The translations under genes and the position numbers were made by a program. A stretch of DNA of 64,000 nt, from positions 1,168,342-1,232,341 of the forward strand of contig JAWLHY010000002.1 of assembly GCA_041690135.1 (NCBI GenBank), read 5' to 3'. The DNA is from Armatimonadota bacterium (lineage in GTDB: Bacteria; Armatimonadota; SYMT01). A model generated the notes under the pieces. It had not been told where the DNA came from. It saw only the letters and a program-made list of their open reading frames with translations, and searched no databases. Below are positions 10,589 to 20,147 of this stretch, piece by piece (the first letter of the stretch is position 1; each line of letters begins with the position of its first letter).

Positions 10589-11360
10589 GCTACCCTCCGC
10601 GGCGCCCACTCCGGCCGCGTCCGACGAAAAGCTCCAACCCTTCACCCAGACCCTACCGAATTCCGTGGTCAAAGTCCAGATGGTGCCCATCCCGGGCGGC
10701 ACGATCAAGATCGGCGGCAAGACGGTCACGGTGAAGCCGTTCTACATGGCCAAGACCGAGACCCCCTGGGAGGCGTACGATGTCTTCCTGGCCAGCGGCG
10801 ACCCGTCTCCTGCTTACGACCAGACGGATTTCCCCCCGGATGCCATTGCCCGTCCGAGCAAGAGCTACATCCTGCCGGACCTGGGCTGGGGTCACAACGG
10901 CTACCCGGCCATCAACGTGAGCTTCATCTCCACGGACATGTATTGCCGCTGGTTGTCCGCCGAGACGAAGAAGAAGTACCGCCTGCCCACCGAGGCGGAG
11001 TGGGAATTCGCCTGCCGCGCCGGCGCCACCGGCGACTGGAAACCGACCAAGGCCGAGCTGGAGAAGATTGCCTGGTGGGCCGGGAACAGCGGCAAGCTGA
11101 CCCATCCCGTCGGCAAGAAGGCACCGAACAAGTACGGGCTGCACGACATGTTCGGCAATCCCGGCGAGTGGGCCACCGACATGGAAGGGAAGCCGGTCCT
11201 TTGCGGCGGCACGTTCCTGGACGGGATGCCGGGCATGATCCCCGGGATGCGCCGCCGCTGGGAGCCCCGGTGGCAGGAGACCGATCCGCAGTTCCCCAAG
11301 AGCCGCTGGTGGTTGGCGGACGGCAAATTCGTTGGCTTCCGCGTGGTCTGCGAGCCGTAA
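10449..11360 (+). CDS. Formylglycine-generating enzyme family (FGE-sulfatase domain) protein; start uncertain
   Basis: YRLPTEAEWEFACRAG, PNKYGLHDMFGN, GFRVV. Confidence 0.9.
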   Translation: MIMRLNARRQLPTVNDDLQQERRGVLSGARGPAGALLSLGVILTAFMLPSAAPTPAASDEKLQPFTQTLPNSVVKVQMVPIPGGTIKIGGKTVTVKPFYMAKTETPWEAYDVFLASGDPSPAYDQTDFPPDAIARPSKSYILPDLGWGHNGYPAINVSFISTDMYCRWLSAETKKKYRLPTEAEWEFACRAGATGDWKPTKAELEKIAWWAGNSGKLTHPVGKKAPNKYGLHDMFGNPGEWATDMEGKPVLCGGTFLDGMPGMIPGMRRRWEPRWQETDPQFPKSRWWLADGKFVGFRVVCEP

Positions 11361-11398
11361 GGGTTCCGCAAAGCAGCAGATTAGTCTGAATACCAGAT

Positions 11399-11441
11399 GC
11401 GGAACAATCCGCCGGCACATGTTGCCGGCGGATTGTTCCGC
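11399..11441. terminator. Perfect 19-bp hairpin between convergent genes
   Basis: GCGGAACAATCCGCCGGCA-catgt-TGCCGGCGGATTGTTCCGC. Confidence 0.65.
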
Positions 11442-11495
11442 ATTTTGACCCGCCGCAACAACTGCGACTATCCGCCGGTTTCTGGATGCGTGTTG

Positions 11496-12152
11496 CTACT
11501 GGCTCCACGATCCGGAGATCGTCAGGGCGAACCCCAGGCTTCCCCTCCGGTTGCCGTCCGCGACCGGGCGGCGAACCGCCGCTACCCACACCCCTTTGCC
11601 CTTGTCGAGCACCTGGATGGCTGGATTTCGTTCCTCGTGGGGCCAGAGGAGCAGCACGGCGGGGTGGCGCCCCTCATTCACCTGGCTGCTGAGCTCAATG
11701 AGTCGTTTGGTTTGGATAGGAGCGGGGGAAGGATCATCCGCGGCCGGGCTGAGGAGAAAGAACTCCCGGTGCGGAGCGGTATCGGTGTGGTCACCCGTAT
11801 CCGGCTGGAGGGCGAAGCGGAGGGTGTAGACCCCACGAGGTAGGCGCTGCCGGCGGTAGTCAGTGAACGTGCCCAAAAGCTCGATTGCCCCGACCAGGGT
11901 GCCCTCCGGAATGTGGCGGTACGTGAGCCCTTTCGGGAACTGCTCAGCGGTCGCCCGGACCGGGATCTCCCGGCGGAACCACACCCGCATCCGGGTGGCG
12001 CTGCCGGACCGCACCACCAGAGCGCGAGAGTCCAGAAGCTTCCGCTGCGAACCGGCGATGGCGGCCGGCGGGGGGAGTTGCTCCAGGCGGGCGGTGAGAG
12101 CGGGCTCCGGAGTACCGGCGAGCAGCGCCAGGGCGAACGGAACAGCGCTCAT
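11496..12152 (-). CDS. Secreted hypothetical protein (Planctomycete-type)
   Basis: MSAVPFALALLAG signal; DYRRQRLPRGVYTLRFALQPDTGDH. Confidence 0.7.
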   Translation of the reverse strand: MSAVPFALALLAGTPEPALTARLEQLPPPAAIAGSQRKLLDSRALVVRSGSATRMRVWFRREIPVRATAEQFPKGLTYRHIPEGTLVGAIELLGTFTDYRRQRLPRGVYTLRFALQPDTGDHTDTAPHREFFLLSPAADDPSPAPIQTKRLIELSSQVNEGRHPAVLLLWPHEERNPAIQVLDKGKGVWVAAVRRPVADGNRRGSLGFALTISGSWSQ

Positions 12153-12196
12153 CACCGTTCGCCTTCCATGTCGCGTTCCATGCGGCGAGCAGCCCG

Positions 12197-13009
12197 TTAT
12201 CCGAACTTCCGATGGCACTCGGCCGACGAGAGTTTCTTCGCCCGGATCAGGCCACCGTTCACCCGCTCCCCTTCCGGGTCCAGGTAGAGCCGGCCCGAGG
12301 AGTCCTGGATGGTGGGGTCGTAGCCGATCACGTGGACGTTGAACACAAAGCCGATGTCCGAGGTTGCCTGGAACCAGTGGACGTTGTCCTTGTGGTCGGA
12401 AATGGTGGACAGCTCGCCCGGATTGAACATCCGGTCGATGGTGGGCTTGATGAGGTAGTGGTCGGACTGGCTCTCCAGGCGGTCGTAGTGACGGCCGTGG
12501 AAGTTCCCCTTGAGCACGATGAACCCGGTGCACATGTTGCTGTGCCCGTGCGGGACGATCGAGCGCCCCTGCTTCAGCCCGAAGATCTGCTTGCCGAACC
12601 GGAGCGTGGCCGGCACGCCTTCGATGTTCCGGAGGTCGAAACCCAGGCTGGCCGCGCCGTTATCCGGCAGGCGGGATCTCCGCTCCAGGTCCTCCAGTTT
12701 GACGGCCCGGACCAGCTCCGCCAGGTCGACGCGCCGGTAGAGGTCTTCCATCCGGGCCTGGAACTCCAGGTCCTTCAACTTGCGGCCGTGCAGGTCGGCG
12801 CTCATCTCCGCCAGCTCGGCGAACCACTTGCCGATGGTCGCGCCGTCCCCGGCGGCCAGCAGACCCCGGCCCCAGAGCGTCTCCACCACCCCGAAGGCGA
12901 TGAGCGACTTAAGCAGCCGCGCGCCAAACTCGCGCCGGGTTTCGCCGGCTCTCTGGCTTGCCGCACCCGGTACCTCGTCCGTGGACACAGTGTTCACCCG
13001 CAGATCCAT
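12197..13009 (-). CDS. Cupin / cysteine-dioxygenase-like protein with a twin-Arg-like leader
   Basis: TRREF leader; PHGHSNM and NVHWF metal-binding His pattern. Confidence 0.6.
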   Translation of the reverse strand: MDLRVNTVSTDEVPGAASQRAGETRREFGARLLKSLIAFGVVETLWGRGLLAAGDGATIGKWFAELAEMSADLHGRKLKDLEFQARMEDLYRRVDLAELVRAVKLEDLERRSRLPDNGAASLGFDLRNIEGVPATLRFGKQIFGLKQGRSIVPHGHSNMCTGFIVLKGNFHGRHYDRLESQSDHYLIKPTIDRMFNPGELSTISDHKDNVHWFQATSDIGFVFNVHVIGYDPTIQDSSGRLYLDPEGERVNGGLIRAKKLSSAECHRKFG

Positions 13010-13186
13010 AGGGGGCCGATCCTTTCCGTGCTCTTTCGTTTAGAGCGGACCATGTGCTCCAGGTTGCGGCTCTTTGGAGATTACCAGTGTACAAGCGACT
13101 CGCCCGCTTTCTGGAACAGAGCGGGCGAGTCGAGTGGGGGACGCTCCAGGGAATGCCGGAGCTGGGTTAAGCGGGGCGGAAAGGCG

Positions 13187-14176
13187 TTAGCGGCCCACCG
13201 CGAACTTGAGCACGCGGCCGAACTTGCTCCACTCGGCGACCACCAGGTTGCCCTTCGCGTCGAAGGCGACCGCGTGGGGCGAGTTGCAGATGCCGTCGGC
13301 CCACTGGGCCGGTTCCAGGCCGAAGTTGGCGCGGTGGCCGGCGGTGGGATTATCGCCGATCTCGGCCGCGATGCTGTTGTCCTTCCCCAGCACCGTTACC
13401 CGGCCCTGGAGCTCGGCGATGGCAATGTAGTCTCCCGCCACGTGGGCCGCCGCCGGCATCCGCAGGCCGCGCGCCAGCACTTTCACCAGGTTGCCGTCCG
13501 TATCCCAGTGCTCCACCCGGCCGCTCTCGCGGTTGCAGACCACGAGGAGCGGCTTCGGACCCCGCGTGTCGACCGCCAGGCCGTGGCAGCGGTGGAACTT
13601 GCCTTCTTCCGCCGGGTTCCCGCCCGGGCCGCCGAACGACTTCACGTACTTGCGGTCGCGGTCGAACTTGTGGATGAAGTTCTTGCCGTAGCCGTCCGCC
13701 ACGAAGATCGTGCCGTCGGCCAGCGCGACGACGTTCGTGGGGTTGAACTCATTGCCGTTGGCGTAGATGTTGGCCATTTCCGGATAGCCCAACTTCCAGG
13801 CCACCGTGCCGTCGGTCTTGATCTTCACCACTTCATGGGCGCTGGGTCGGGCGGCGTAGAGGTACTCTCCGTCGGCCTCCCGCTGCAGGTGCAGCCCGTG
13901 GATGTGCGAGGGCCCAAAGCTGCGCTGGTACTTGCCGTCGGCGCTGAACACCAGGATCCCGCGCGGGGTATCGGTGCTGACGTAGACGTTGCCGTTCCGA
14001 TCGATGGCGGCGCCGCCATGCGTCGGTCCCAGGAGCTGGTTATCCGGCTGGGCGGGGAAGTAGTTGGGCAGGTGGGCGAACTTGACGGCGGCCTGCTGAA
14101 GACTCTGGGCCGGCGAGATCAGGAACGGGGCGAGCAAACTCGCGGCTGCCAGAAGTAGAAAGCGATAGCGGCGCAT
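13187..14176 (-). CDS. NHL-repeat six-bladed beta-propeller protein
   Basis: Signal peptide; FVADGYG, CHGLAVD, PHAVAFD. Confidence 0.85.
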   Translation of the reverse strand: MRRYRFLLLAAASLLAPFLISPAQSLQQAAVKFAHLPNYFPAQPDNQLLGPTHGGAAIDRNGNVYVSTDTPRGILVFSADGKYQRSFGPSHIHGLHLQREADGEYLYAARPSAHEVVKIKTDGTVAWKLGYPEMANIYANGNEFNPTNVVALADGTIFVADGYGKNFIHKFDRDRKYVKSFGGPGGNPAEEGKFHRCHGLAVDTRGPKPLLVVCNRESGRVEHWDTDGNLVKVLARGLRMPAAAHVAGDYIAIAELQGRVTVLGKDNSIAAEIGDNPTAGHRANFGLEPAQWADGICNSPHAVAFDAKGNLVVAEWSKFGRVLKFAVGR

Positions 14177-14364
14177 GGCGGTGTCACCTCGGGGTAGAGA
14201 AGAGAAACTTTCGATTCACTTCACCTCGCGGTGCGGCTTATCCTGCGCCTACGCGTCCGCTTCCGGTGGCGAACGCCCGGGTCATTTCTCGCCCCGGACC
14301 GTTCCCAGGCACGACTTGAGCCGGGGTTGGACAGCGATGGAGAACTCGATTTGCGAGCGTCGGA

Positions 14365-14568
14365 TTAGAAGGCGCCGATCAGTCCCAGCCGGTTGAGAAC
14401 CACCGCTGCCAGTGCCAGGAGCACCAATGAGGCGCCCAGGGCCACGGCGCAGCCCGGAAGGGTGCTCGCCCCCATGAACATGGCGATTCCCTCGGTCACC
14501 TCATCTCGCCGGATGATCACCACGATTCCGAAGGCAAGCAGGAAAAGCACGGATAAAACGAACCACAT
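14365..14568 (-). CDS. Small 2-TM membrane protein
   Basis: MWFVLSVLFLLAFGIVVII... two hydrophobic helices. Confidence 0.5.
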   Translation of the reverse strand: MWFVLSVLFLLAFGIVVIIRRDEVTEGIAMFMGASTLPGCAVALGASLVLLALAAVVLNRLGLIGAF

Positions 14569-14819
14569 AATCTGAGCCGTTCCTTCATCTTTGAGTTGCG
14601 TACTCGTATGCGTGAGAGGCGGTTCCCGTTCCGGCTTCCGCTCCACTGCAGGCTCACATCCAGGCGAGGGGCTTCGGACGTCCTTCCGGGTCCGGCCGGC
14701 GCGAGCCTCCGCCAGGAGTGGCTCGCGCCTTCGTTCCTTATCGTTGTACCCCGATATCGCGGCGCCTCCGGCTCAAAGCCCACGGCCCGGAGCAAGACTT
14801 GCCGGGTGTCCTCATCCTT

Positions 14820-15476
14820 TCAGGTCAGGGACCGGGTCGCGAAATACCAGTCCTTCACATCGGCGTCTGTGGCGTCCACTCGGAGGCGCTCCTCGGCGCT
14901 CTCCTGGGTAAGCGGTGCCGGAAGAATGACGGGGTCGCCGGGCTGCCAGTTGGCGGGAGTGGCGACTTGATATTGTTCGTGCGTCTGCAGGCCGTCCACC
15001 AGGCGGACGATCTCCTGCATATTCCTGCCGTTGGTAAGCGGATAGTAGATCATCGCCCGCACCACGCCCCGGTCGTCGATCAAGAATACGCAGCGCACCG
15101 TGGCGGTGCTCGCGGCTCCGGTGTGGATCATCCCGTAGGCCTGCGCCACCCGGGTGTCGAGATCCGCGATAACGGGGAAGCGGATGGAGACCCCGAAGTT
15201 CTGCTCCATGTTGCGGATCCAGGCGATGTGAGCGTAGACACTGTCCACGGAGAGGCCGATCAACTGGACATTGCGCCGGTCGAACTCCTCTTGCATCCGT
15301 GCGAACTCGACGAGTTCCGTGGTACAGACGGGGGTGAAATCCGCCGGGTGCGAGAAGAGTACGACCCACTTCCCCCGGAATTGGGAGAGGGAGATCTCAC
15401 CCTGGGTGCTCACCGCGGTGAAATCGGGAGCCGGAGCGTTCAGTCGGGGTAGGGCCGGTACCGTGGTTTCGGACAT
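14820..15476 (-). CDS. Peroxiredoxin (Prx6-type)
   Basis: FSHPADFTPVCTTE; YYPLTNGRN; TPANWQPG. Confidence 0.92.
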   Translation of the reverse strand: MSETTVPALPRLNAPAPDFTAVSTQGEISLSQFRGKWVVLFSHPADFTPVCTTELVEFARMQEEFDRRNVQLIGLSVDSVYAHIAWIRNMEQNFGVSIRFPVIADLDTRVAQAYGMIHTGAASTATVRCVFLIDDRGVVRAMIYYPLTNGRNMQEIVRLVDGLQTHEQYQVATPANWQPGDPVILPAPLTQESAEERLRVDATDADVKDWYFATRSLT

Positions 15477-15559
15477 CGTCGCTTCCTTTCGCTCATGGAG
15501 TTCGTGCGCCGGAACAGTCTCCCACACCATCGGTCCGGCGCTCCGTCCCATAGTTTAGG

Positions 15560-15662
15560 GATACAGAGGCTCCCTGCGTAGTTACAGCAGGGGGCTGGTT
15601 TCACTAGAACAGTAGGAAGGAATGAGAAACTGTTCTACCTGGAAGTGGGACAGCTGTATCTT
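15560..15662. promoter_or_regulatory. Divergent promoter with ACAG/CTGT boxes, putative MocR-family sites
   Basis: GATACAG, GTTACAG, GAACAG, CTGTTC and CTGTATC clustered upstream of the MocR gene. Confidence 0.4.
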
Positions 15663-15700
15663 GCCGCCGGGCTCCCGGGAGTTTAGGCTGGGGAGCGACG

Positions 15701-17128
15701 ATGACAGCCACGCAGACCACCGGAGCGGAGAGGCTCTACGAACAACTGGCGCAGCAGATCCTGCGTCTCATCGAGGACGGGACTTATCGGCCGGGGGACC
15801 GTCTCCCGTCCGTGCGGCACCTCAGCCGGCAGCATGGGGTGAGCCTCACGACGGTCCTGGAAGCCTACGGCCTCCTGGAGAGTGAGGGACGGATCGAGGC
15901 GCGGCCGCAGTCCGGCTATTTTGTCAGCGCTTACGTCTCGGGCCGTCCCGCCGAGCCGGAGGTATCCACGCCGCCGCTGGACCCCCGGGGGGTGAGCATC
16001 GGCGAACTGTCGATGCGGGTCCTGCGGGATACCCAGGACCCGGCACTGGTGCAACTCGGCGCGGCGATGCCGAACCTGGCCCTCTTACCGGCCGAACGGC
16101 TCAACCGCCTGCAGCACGGGCTGGCCCGCGATGTGCCGCCCCGGACATTCGCCTACGATCCACCTCCCGGCTGCAAGGAGCTCCGCGTTCAGGTCGCGCG
16201 GCGACTGCTGGACGCGGGATGCGAGCTGAAGCCTGATGAGATCGTCACCACGACCGGCTGCCAGGAGGCGCTCGTGCTCTGCCTGCGGGCGGTCTGCCGG
16301 CCCGGTGACACCGTGGTGATCGAGTCGCCGATTTACTACGGGGTGCTCCAGGCCATCGAGGCGCTGGGGCTGCGCGCCCTGGAGATGCCCACGCACCCGC
16401 GGACCGGGATGAGCCTCGAAACCCTCCGGTACGTGCTGGAACACCACCCCGTCCGGGCCTGCCTCATTTCGAACTTCAACAACCCGCTCGGAAGTTGCAT
16501 GCCCGACGAGGCACGACGGGAACTGGTGGAGCTCCTGGAGGCCCGGGAGATCCCCTTGATCGAGGACGACATCTACTCGGATCTCCACCATGGCCCCCTC
16601 CGGCCGCGGGCGGCGAAAGCCTGGGACCGGAAGGGGTTGGTGCTGCTCTGCTCTTCCGTATCCAAGACCCTGGCGCCGGGATACCGGGTGGGTTGGGTAG
16701 CCCCGGGCCGATTTTTCCGCGAGGTGGAGCACCTGAAGCTCTTCAACACCTTCTCCACGGCGACGCTGCCGCAGCTCACAGTCGCCGAGTTTCTCGGCAG
16801 CGGCGGCTATGACCGGTATCTCCGGCGGGTGCGTCGGATCTACGCACAGCAGGTTGGGCTGATGGCCCAGGCGGTAGGGGAGCATTTCCCGGCGGGCACC
16901 CGTGTGACCGCCCCGGACGGCGGGTTCCTGGTCTGGGTGGAACTGCCGTCGGGAAGCGAGGCGCTGCCGCTTTACCAACGCGCCCTGCAGGCGGGAGTGA
17001 CGTTCGCCCCGGGCCCCATCTTTTCCCCCAGCGTGGGGTACCGCAACTTCCTGCGGCTGAACGCGGCCGTGTGGTCGGAAGCGGTAGAACAGGCGATCCG
17101 GCGTCTCGGGGAATTGGCCAGGGGATGA
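15701..17128 (+). CDS. MocR/GabR-family GntR regulator with PLP aminotransferase domain
   Basis: GDRLPSVR wHTH; IEDDIY; SVSKTLAPGYRVGW. Confidence 0.93.
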   Translation: MTATQTTGAERLYEQLAQQILRLIEDGTYRPGDRLPSVRHLSRQHGVSLTTVLEAYGLLESEGRIEARPQSGYFVSAYVSGRPAEPEVSTPPLDPRGVSIGELSMRVLRDTQDPALVQLGAAMPNLALLPAERLNRLQHGLARDVPPRTFAYDPPPGCKELRVQVARRLLDAGCELKPDEIVTTTGCQEALVLCLRAVCRPGDTVVIESPIYYGVLQAIEALGLRALEMPTHPRTGMSLETLRYVLEHHPVRACLISNFNNPLGSCMPDEARRELVELLEAREIPLIEDDIYSDLHHGPLRPRAAKAWDRKGLVLLCSSVSKTLAPGYRVGWVAPGRFFREVEHLKLFNTFSTATLPQLTVAEFLGSGGYDRYLRRVRRIYAQQVGLMAQAVGEHFPAGTRVTAPDGGFLVWVELPSGSEALPLYQRALQAGVTFAPGPIFSPSVGYRNFLRLNAAVWSEAVEQAIRRLGELARG

Positions 17129-18081
17129 GTACGGAGATATTGACGGCGGGAGTGCCGGGTGGGGGAGCGGCGCTGCGTGTCGCGGTGGCGCAGGCCGCGC
17201 CCGTGCTGTTCGACCGGGAGGCGACGGTCGAAAAGGCCTGCCGGCTGATTGGCGAGGCCGCCTCTTGCGGCGCCGAACTGGTGTTGCTTCCCGAGGCGTT
17301 CATCCCCGCTTACCCGCGCGGTTTGAGCTTCGGCGCGGTGGTGGGCAGCCGCAGCGGGGAAGGGCGTGCCCAGTGGCAGCGCCTGTGGGAACAGTCGGTC
17401 GAGGTGCCGGGCGCGCATACGGCGGTCCTCGGCGCGGCATGCCGGGACGCGGAAATCGTGGCTGCCGTGGGCGTGGTGGAGCGGGAACGGGGAACGCTCT
17501 ACTGCACGCTTCTGTTCTTCGGGCCGGATGGAACCCTGTTGGGGAGTCACCGGAAGCTCAAACCCACGGGAACCGAGCGGTTGATCTGGGGCGAGGGGGA
17601 CGGGACCAGCCTGACGGTCTATCCCACCCGCGCCGGCCGGGTCGGCGGGTTGATCTGCTGGGAAAACTATATGCCGCTCGCCCGGGCAGCGCTCTTTTCA
17701 CAGGGGGTCGAGCTCTACCTGGCGCCGACCGCCGACGCCCGGGATACGTGGCAGGCGACGCTGCGGCATATTGCGTGTGAAGGTCGCTGTTTCGTGCTGG
17801 GCTGCAACCAGTTCGTGACGCGTGAGATGTACCCGGCGGACCTCCGCGCCGCGGAGGAGGTCGCCCGGATGCCGGAAGTGGTCTGCCGGGGCGGCAGCGC
17901 GATCATCTCCCCCTTTGGAGAGGTGCTGGCGGGTCCGGTCTACGATCGCGAGGAGATGCTCTACGCGGACCTGGACCTGGGCGAGGTCGTTCGGGGCAAG
18001 TTCGATTTCGACGTCGCCGGGCACTACGCCCGGCCGGATCTCTTTGAGCTCAGAGTGAGAGGGCATTCGGCCGGGAAATAA
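17125..18081 (+). CDS. Nitrilase / carbon-nitrogen hydrolase
   Basis: PEAF, HRKLKPT and ICWEN catalytic triad; GHYARPD. Confidence 0.93.
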   Translation: MSTEILTAGVPGGGAALRVAVAQAAPVLFDREATVEKACRLIGEAASCGAELVLLPEAFIPAYPRGLSFGAVVGSRSGEGRAQWQRLWEQSVEVPGAHTAVLGAACRDAEIVAAVGVVERERGTLYCTLLFFGPDGTLLGSHRKLKPTGTERLIWGEGDGTSLTVYPTRAGRVGGLICWENYMPLARAALFSQGVELYLAPTADARDTWQATLRHIACEGRCFVLGCNQFVTREMYPADLRAAEEVARMPEVVCRGGSAIISPFGEVLAGPVYDREEMLYADLDLGEVVRGKFDFDVAGHYARPDLFELRVRGHSAGK

Positions 18082-18253
18082 TCCGTCTCCGACCGGGTCG
18101 TCAACACTGCAAACCGTCCGTCTGAATTCCGCCGCTCTCATCAGGGGGACGGCGTAAGTGGTCGGGAGCAGCTCTGCTTCCCGCTCCGGGGGTGGTGAAC
18201 TCAGGCCGGCCCGGCAGTCCGGTAGGGACCGCACCAGGATATGCCAGAAACGT

Positions 18254-18287
18254 AAAAAGCGACCTTGCGCCGTGGCGCAAGGTCGCT
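18254..18287 (-). terminator. Rho-independent terminator
   Basis: AGCGACCTTGCGCC/GGCGCAAGGTCGCT stem with a U-tract on the minus strand. Confidence 0.7.
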
Positions 18288-18321
18288 GACTTCTTACCGA
18301 TGGTTCGGCCCCGGTGCTCTA

Positions 18322-18714
18322 TTACCGGACGAGCGGGTTGGCCGGGCGATCATCCCGCTTGTTTCGGACGCCGTCGCCATCGATGTCCCGGTCATTCCGG
18401 TTGCGGATGCCGTCCCGATCGATATCCTGCTTCGGCGGCAGCGGGCTCGTGCGGTAGCCGTACGGGCTGGCATTGTAGCCGTAGGGTGTGCGCGTGTTCC
18501 AGCCCCACTGGCTGCGCCCGTTCTGGTACGGGGTATAGCGCGAACCGTAAGCAGGACCATACCGGTAATGGTTGCCCTGGTTCCGGTAGCCATACGCCTT
18601 CGCGTGGGCCGGCGGTGCCGCCGCGGCCGGCTGGGTGCCGGCAAAGAGGAGGCCGAAGCCAAAAACGGTTCCCACCGCGAGGGTCATCCCGAGTTTCTTG
18701 CGCTGTATCATCAA
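18322..18714 (-). CDS. Small secreted Gly/Tyr/Asn-rich protein with DxDxDG Ca-binding-like repeats
   Basis: Signal peptide; DIDRDGIRNRNDRDIDGDGVRN. Confidence 0.7.
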   Translation of the reverse strand: MMIQRKKLGMTLAVGTVFGFGLLFAGTQPAAAAPPAHAKAYGYRNQGNHYRYGPAYGSRYTPYQNGRSQWGWNTRTPYGYNASPYGYRTSPLPPKQDIDRDGIRNRNDRDIDGDGVRNKRDDRPANPLVR

Positions 18715-18884
18715 GTCACCTTGTCTTCAACGGTTATCGTCAAGGCCGCTCGTCCGAGTAGCCTAATCTTCAATCTGACTGATAGTCATGGTAGAAGACC
18801 CAGGCGAGAGGACCGGGTTCCCTTGAATTCAGCGATGTGAGATTCTGCAGCCCCGCAAGCTCTACACTGGGAATGGGGAAGAGG

Positions 18885-19475
18885 TTACCGGCGCTTTGCG
18901 TACGGTGCCAGAAAATCGCGCATGGAGTTCTTGGCGGCTTGCTGTACGGCCTTGGTTCGCTGGGACTCGCTTTTGCGCAAGCCGAGCCCCTGGGGTTGTG
19001 CTGTTACCGTTCTTCCCAAATCGTCCTGGAAGAGTCCAGCGGAAACGTCGAATACCTGGAACTGCACCCGTGCGGAAGGGAGCTTGACCACCACACCTCT
19101 TTCGGCGACGTCCTGGAAATCGACCTGATGAACCACACCCGTCAGCAGGTAACGCGCGTTGACTGCCTTCCCGATGCTGACCAGCTGTTCGGGCGAGAGC
19201 ACCTCTTCGTTGTCCACCGACAGGCGCAACTTCTGCATGGCAGCGCTGACCTCCTGGCGTGGCACGGTTTCGATCTTGTGCTTGGTGAGTGATTCCTCGA
19301 CTTCGTCCAGGATCACTTGCCGGTACTCGTTGCCTCCACCTCGTTCCCGGTAGGGAACCACGGCCACGCGCCCGAGTTCCTTCGGGTCCTTCGGTGTGAC
19401 CTTCTCTTTTTTCGCCAGGGTAGACGCACTCGAAGCAACCAGCAGAGCAACCGAACAGACGAGCACACGAAGCAT
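18885..19475 (-). CDS. Secreted hypothetical protein (CsgG/TolB_N-like alpha/beta pattern)
   Basis: Signal peptide; VAVVPY...IGKAVNARYLLTGVV. Confidence 0.6.
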   Translation of the reverse strand: MLRVLVCSVALLVASSASTLAKKEKVTPKDPKELGRVAVVPYRERGGGNEYRQVILDEVEESLTKHKIETVPRQEVSAAMQKLRLSVDNEEVLSPEQLVSIGKAVNARYLLTGVVHQVDFQDVAERGVVVKLPSARVQFQVFDVSAGLFQDDLGRTVTAQPQGLGLRKSESQRTKAVQQAAKNSMRDFLAPYAKRR

Positions 19476-19742
19476 GGAATCAACCTCTCTTTCGCTGTAA
19501 AGCATTCCGCTAGAGGCCCCACAGGGAGTAGTAGAGCGGTGATGGCACTCCTTTGAGGGCAGATGTTCAGTTTCTCACGACGACCTCTTTAGAGGTTGGG
19601 TGTTAAGCAGAGAAGTCCTCCCTAGTCCGGCTGCACGTAAGCGCCGAAGATCCGGCGGCGCTGTCGAAAACCCGCCCTTTCGATCGACTAGCTTACGAGG
19701 CCTTCGAATTGCCGGGGCCGCAATCCTGAAACGGAGGAAAGA

Positions 19743-20129
19743 ATGCATTACTTACTGTTGGCTTACGGGAACGAGGAAAAGTTCAGCCGGTTGACTCCGG
19801 AAGAGTTGGACGACCTGGCGACGAAGTGTACCGCCTATGACGAGGAGTTCCGCGCCACGGGGCGGGTGATCGGCGGAGGCAGCCTTTCGTGGGCTTCCAA
19901 AGCGATGCGCCTGAAAGGGGGCACGCTTACCGTTACGGACGGACCGTACCTCGAGACCAAGGAGGTAGTTGGCGGACTGGTCATCCTGGAGGCGGACGAC
20001 TACGACGAGGCGGTGCGGCTGGCCTCCCTTCATCCCGCCGCCCGGATGGGGGAGGAGCTCGGCTGGGCCATTGAGCTGCGACCGATGGAGCAGTGTATTC
20101 TGCAGCGCAGCGCTGACATGCGGAGGTAG
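19743..20129 (+). CDS. YciI family protein
   Basis: TDGPYLETKEVVGG; IELRP. Confidence 0.88.
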   Translation: MHYLLLAYGNEEKFSRLTPEELDDLATKCTAYDEEFRATGRVIGGGSLSWASKAMRLKGGTLTVTDGPYLETKEVVGGLVILEADDYDEAVRLASLHPAARMGEELGWAIELRPMEQCILQRSADMRR

Positions 20130-20147
20130 GGAAGTAAGACTAACAGC

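Noticed and set aside
12212-14158. 648-aa plus-strand ORF (and similar long antisense ORFs such as 5737-7212, 7393-8898 and 49550-50965)
   Set aside because: Shadow ORFs antisense to well-supported genes, as expected in high-GC DNA
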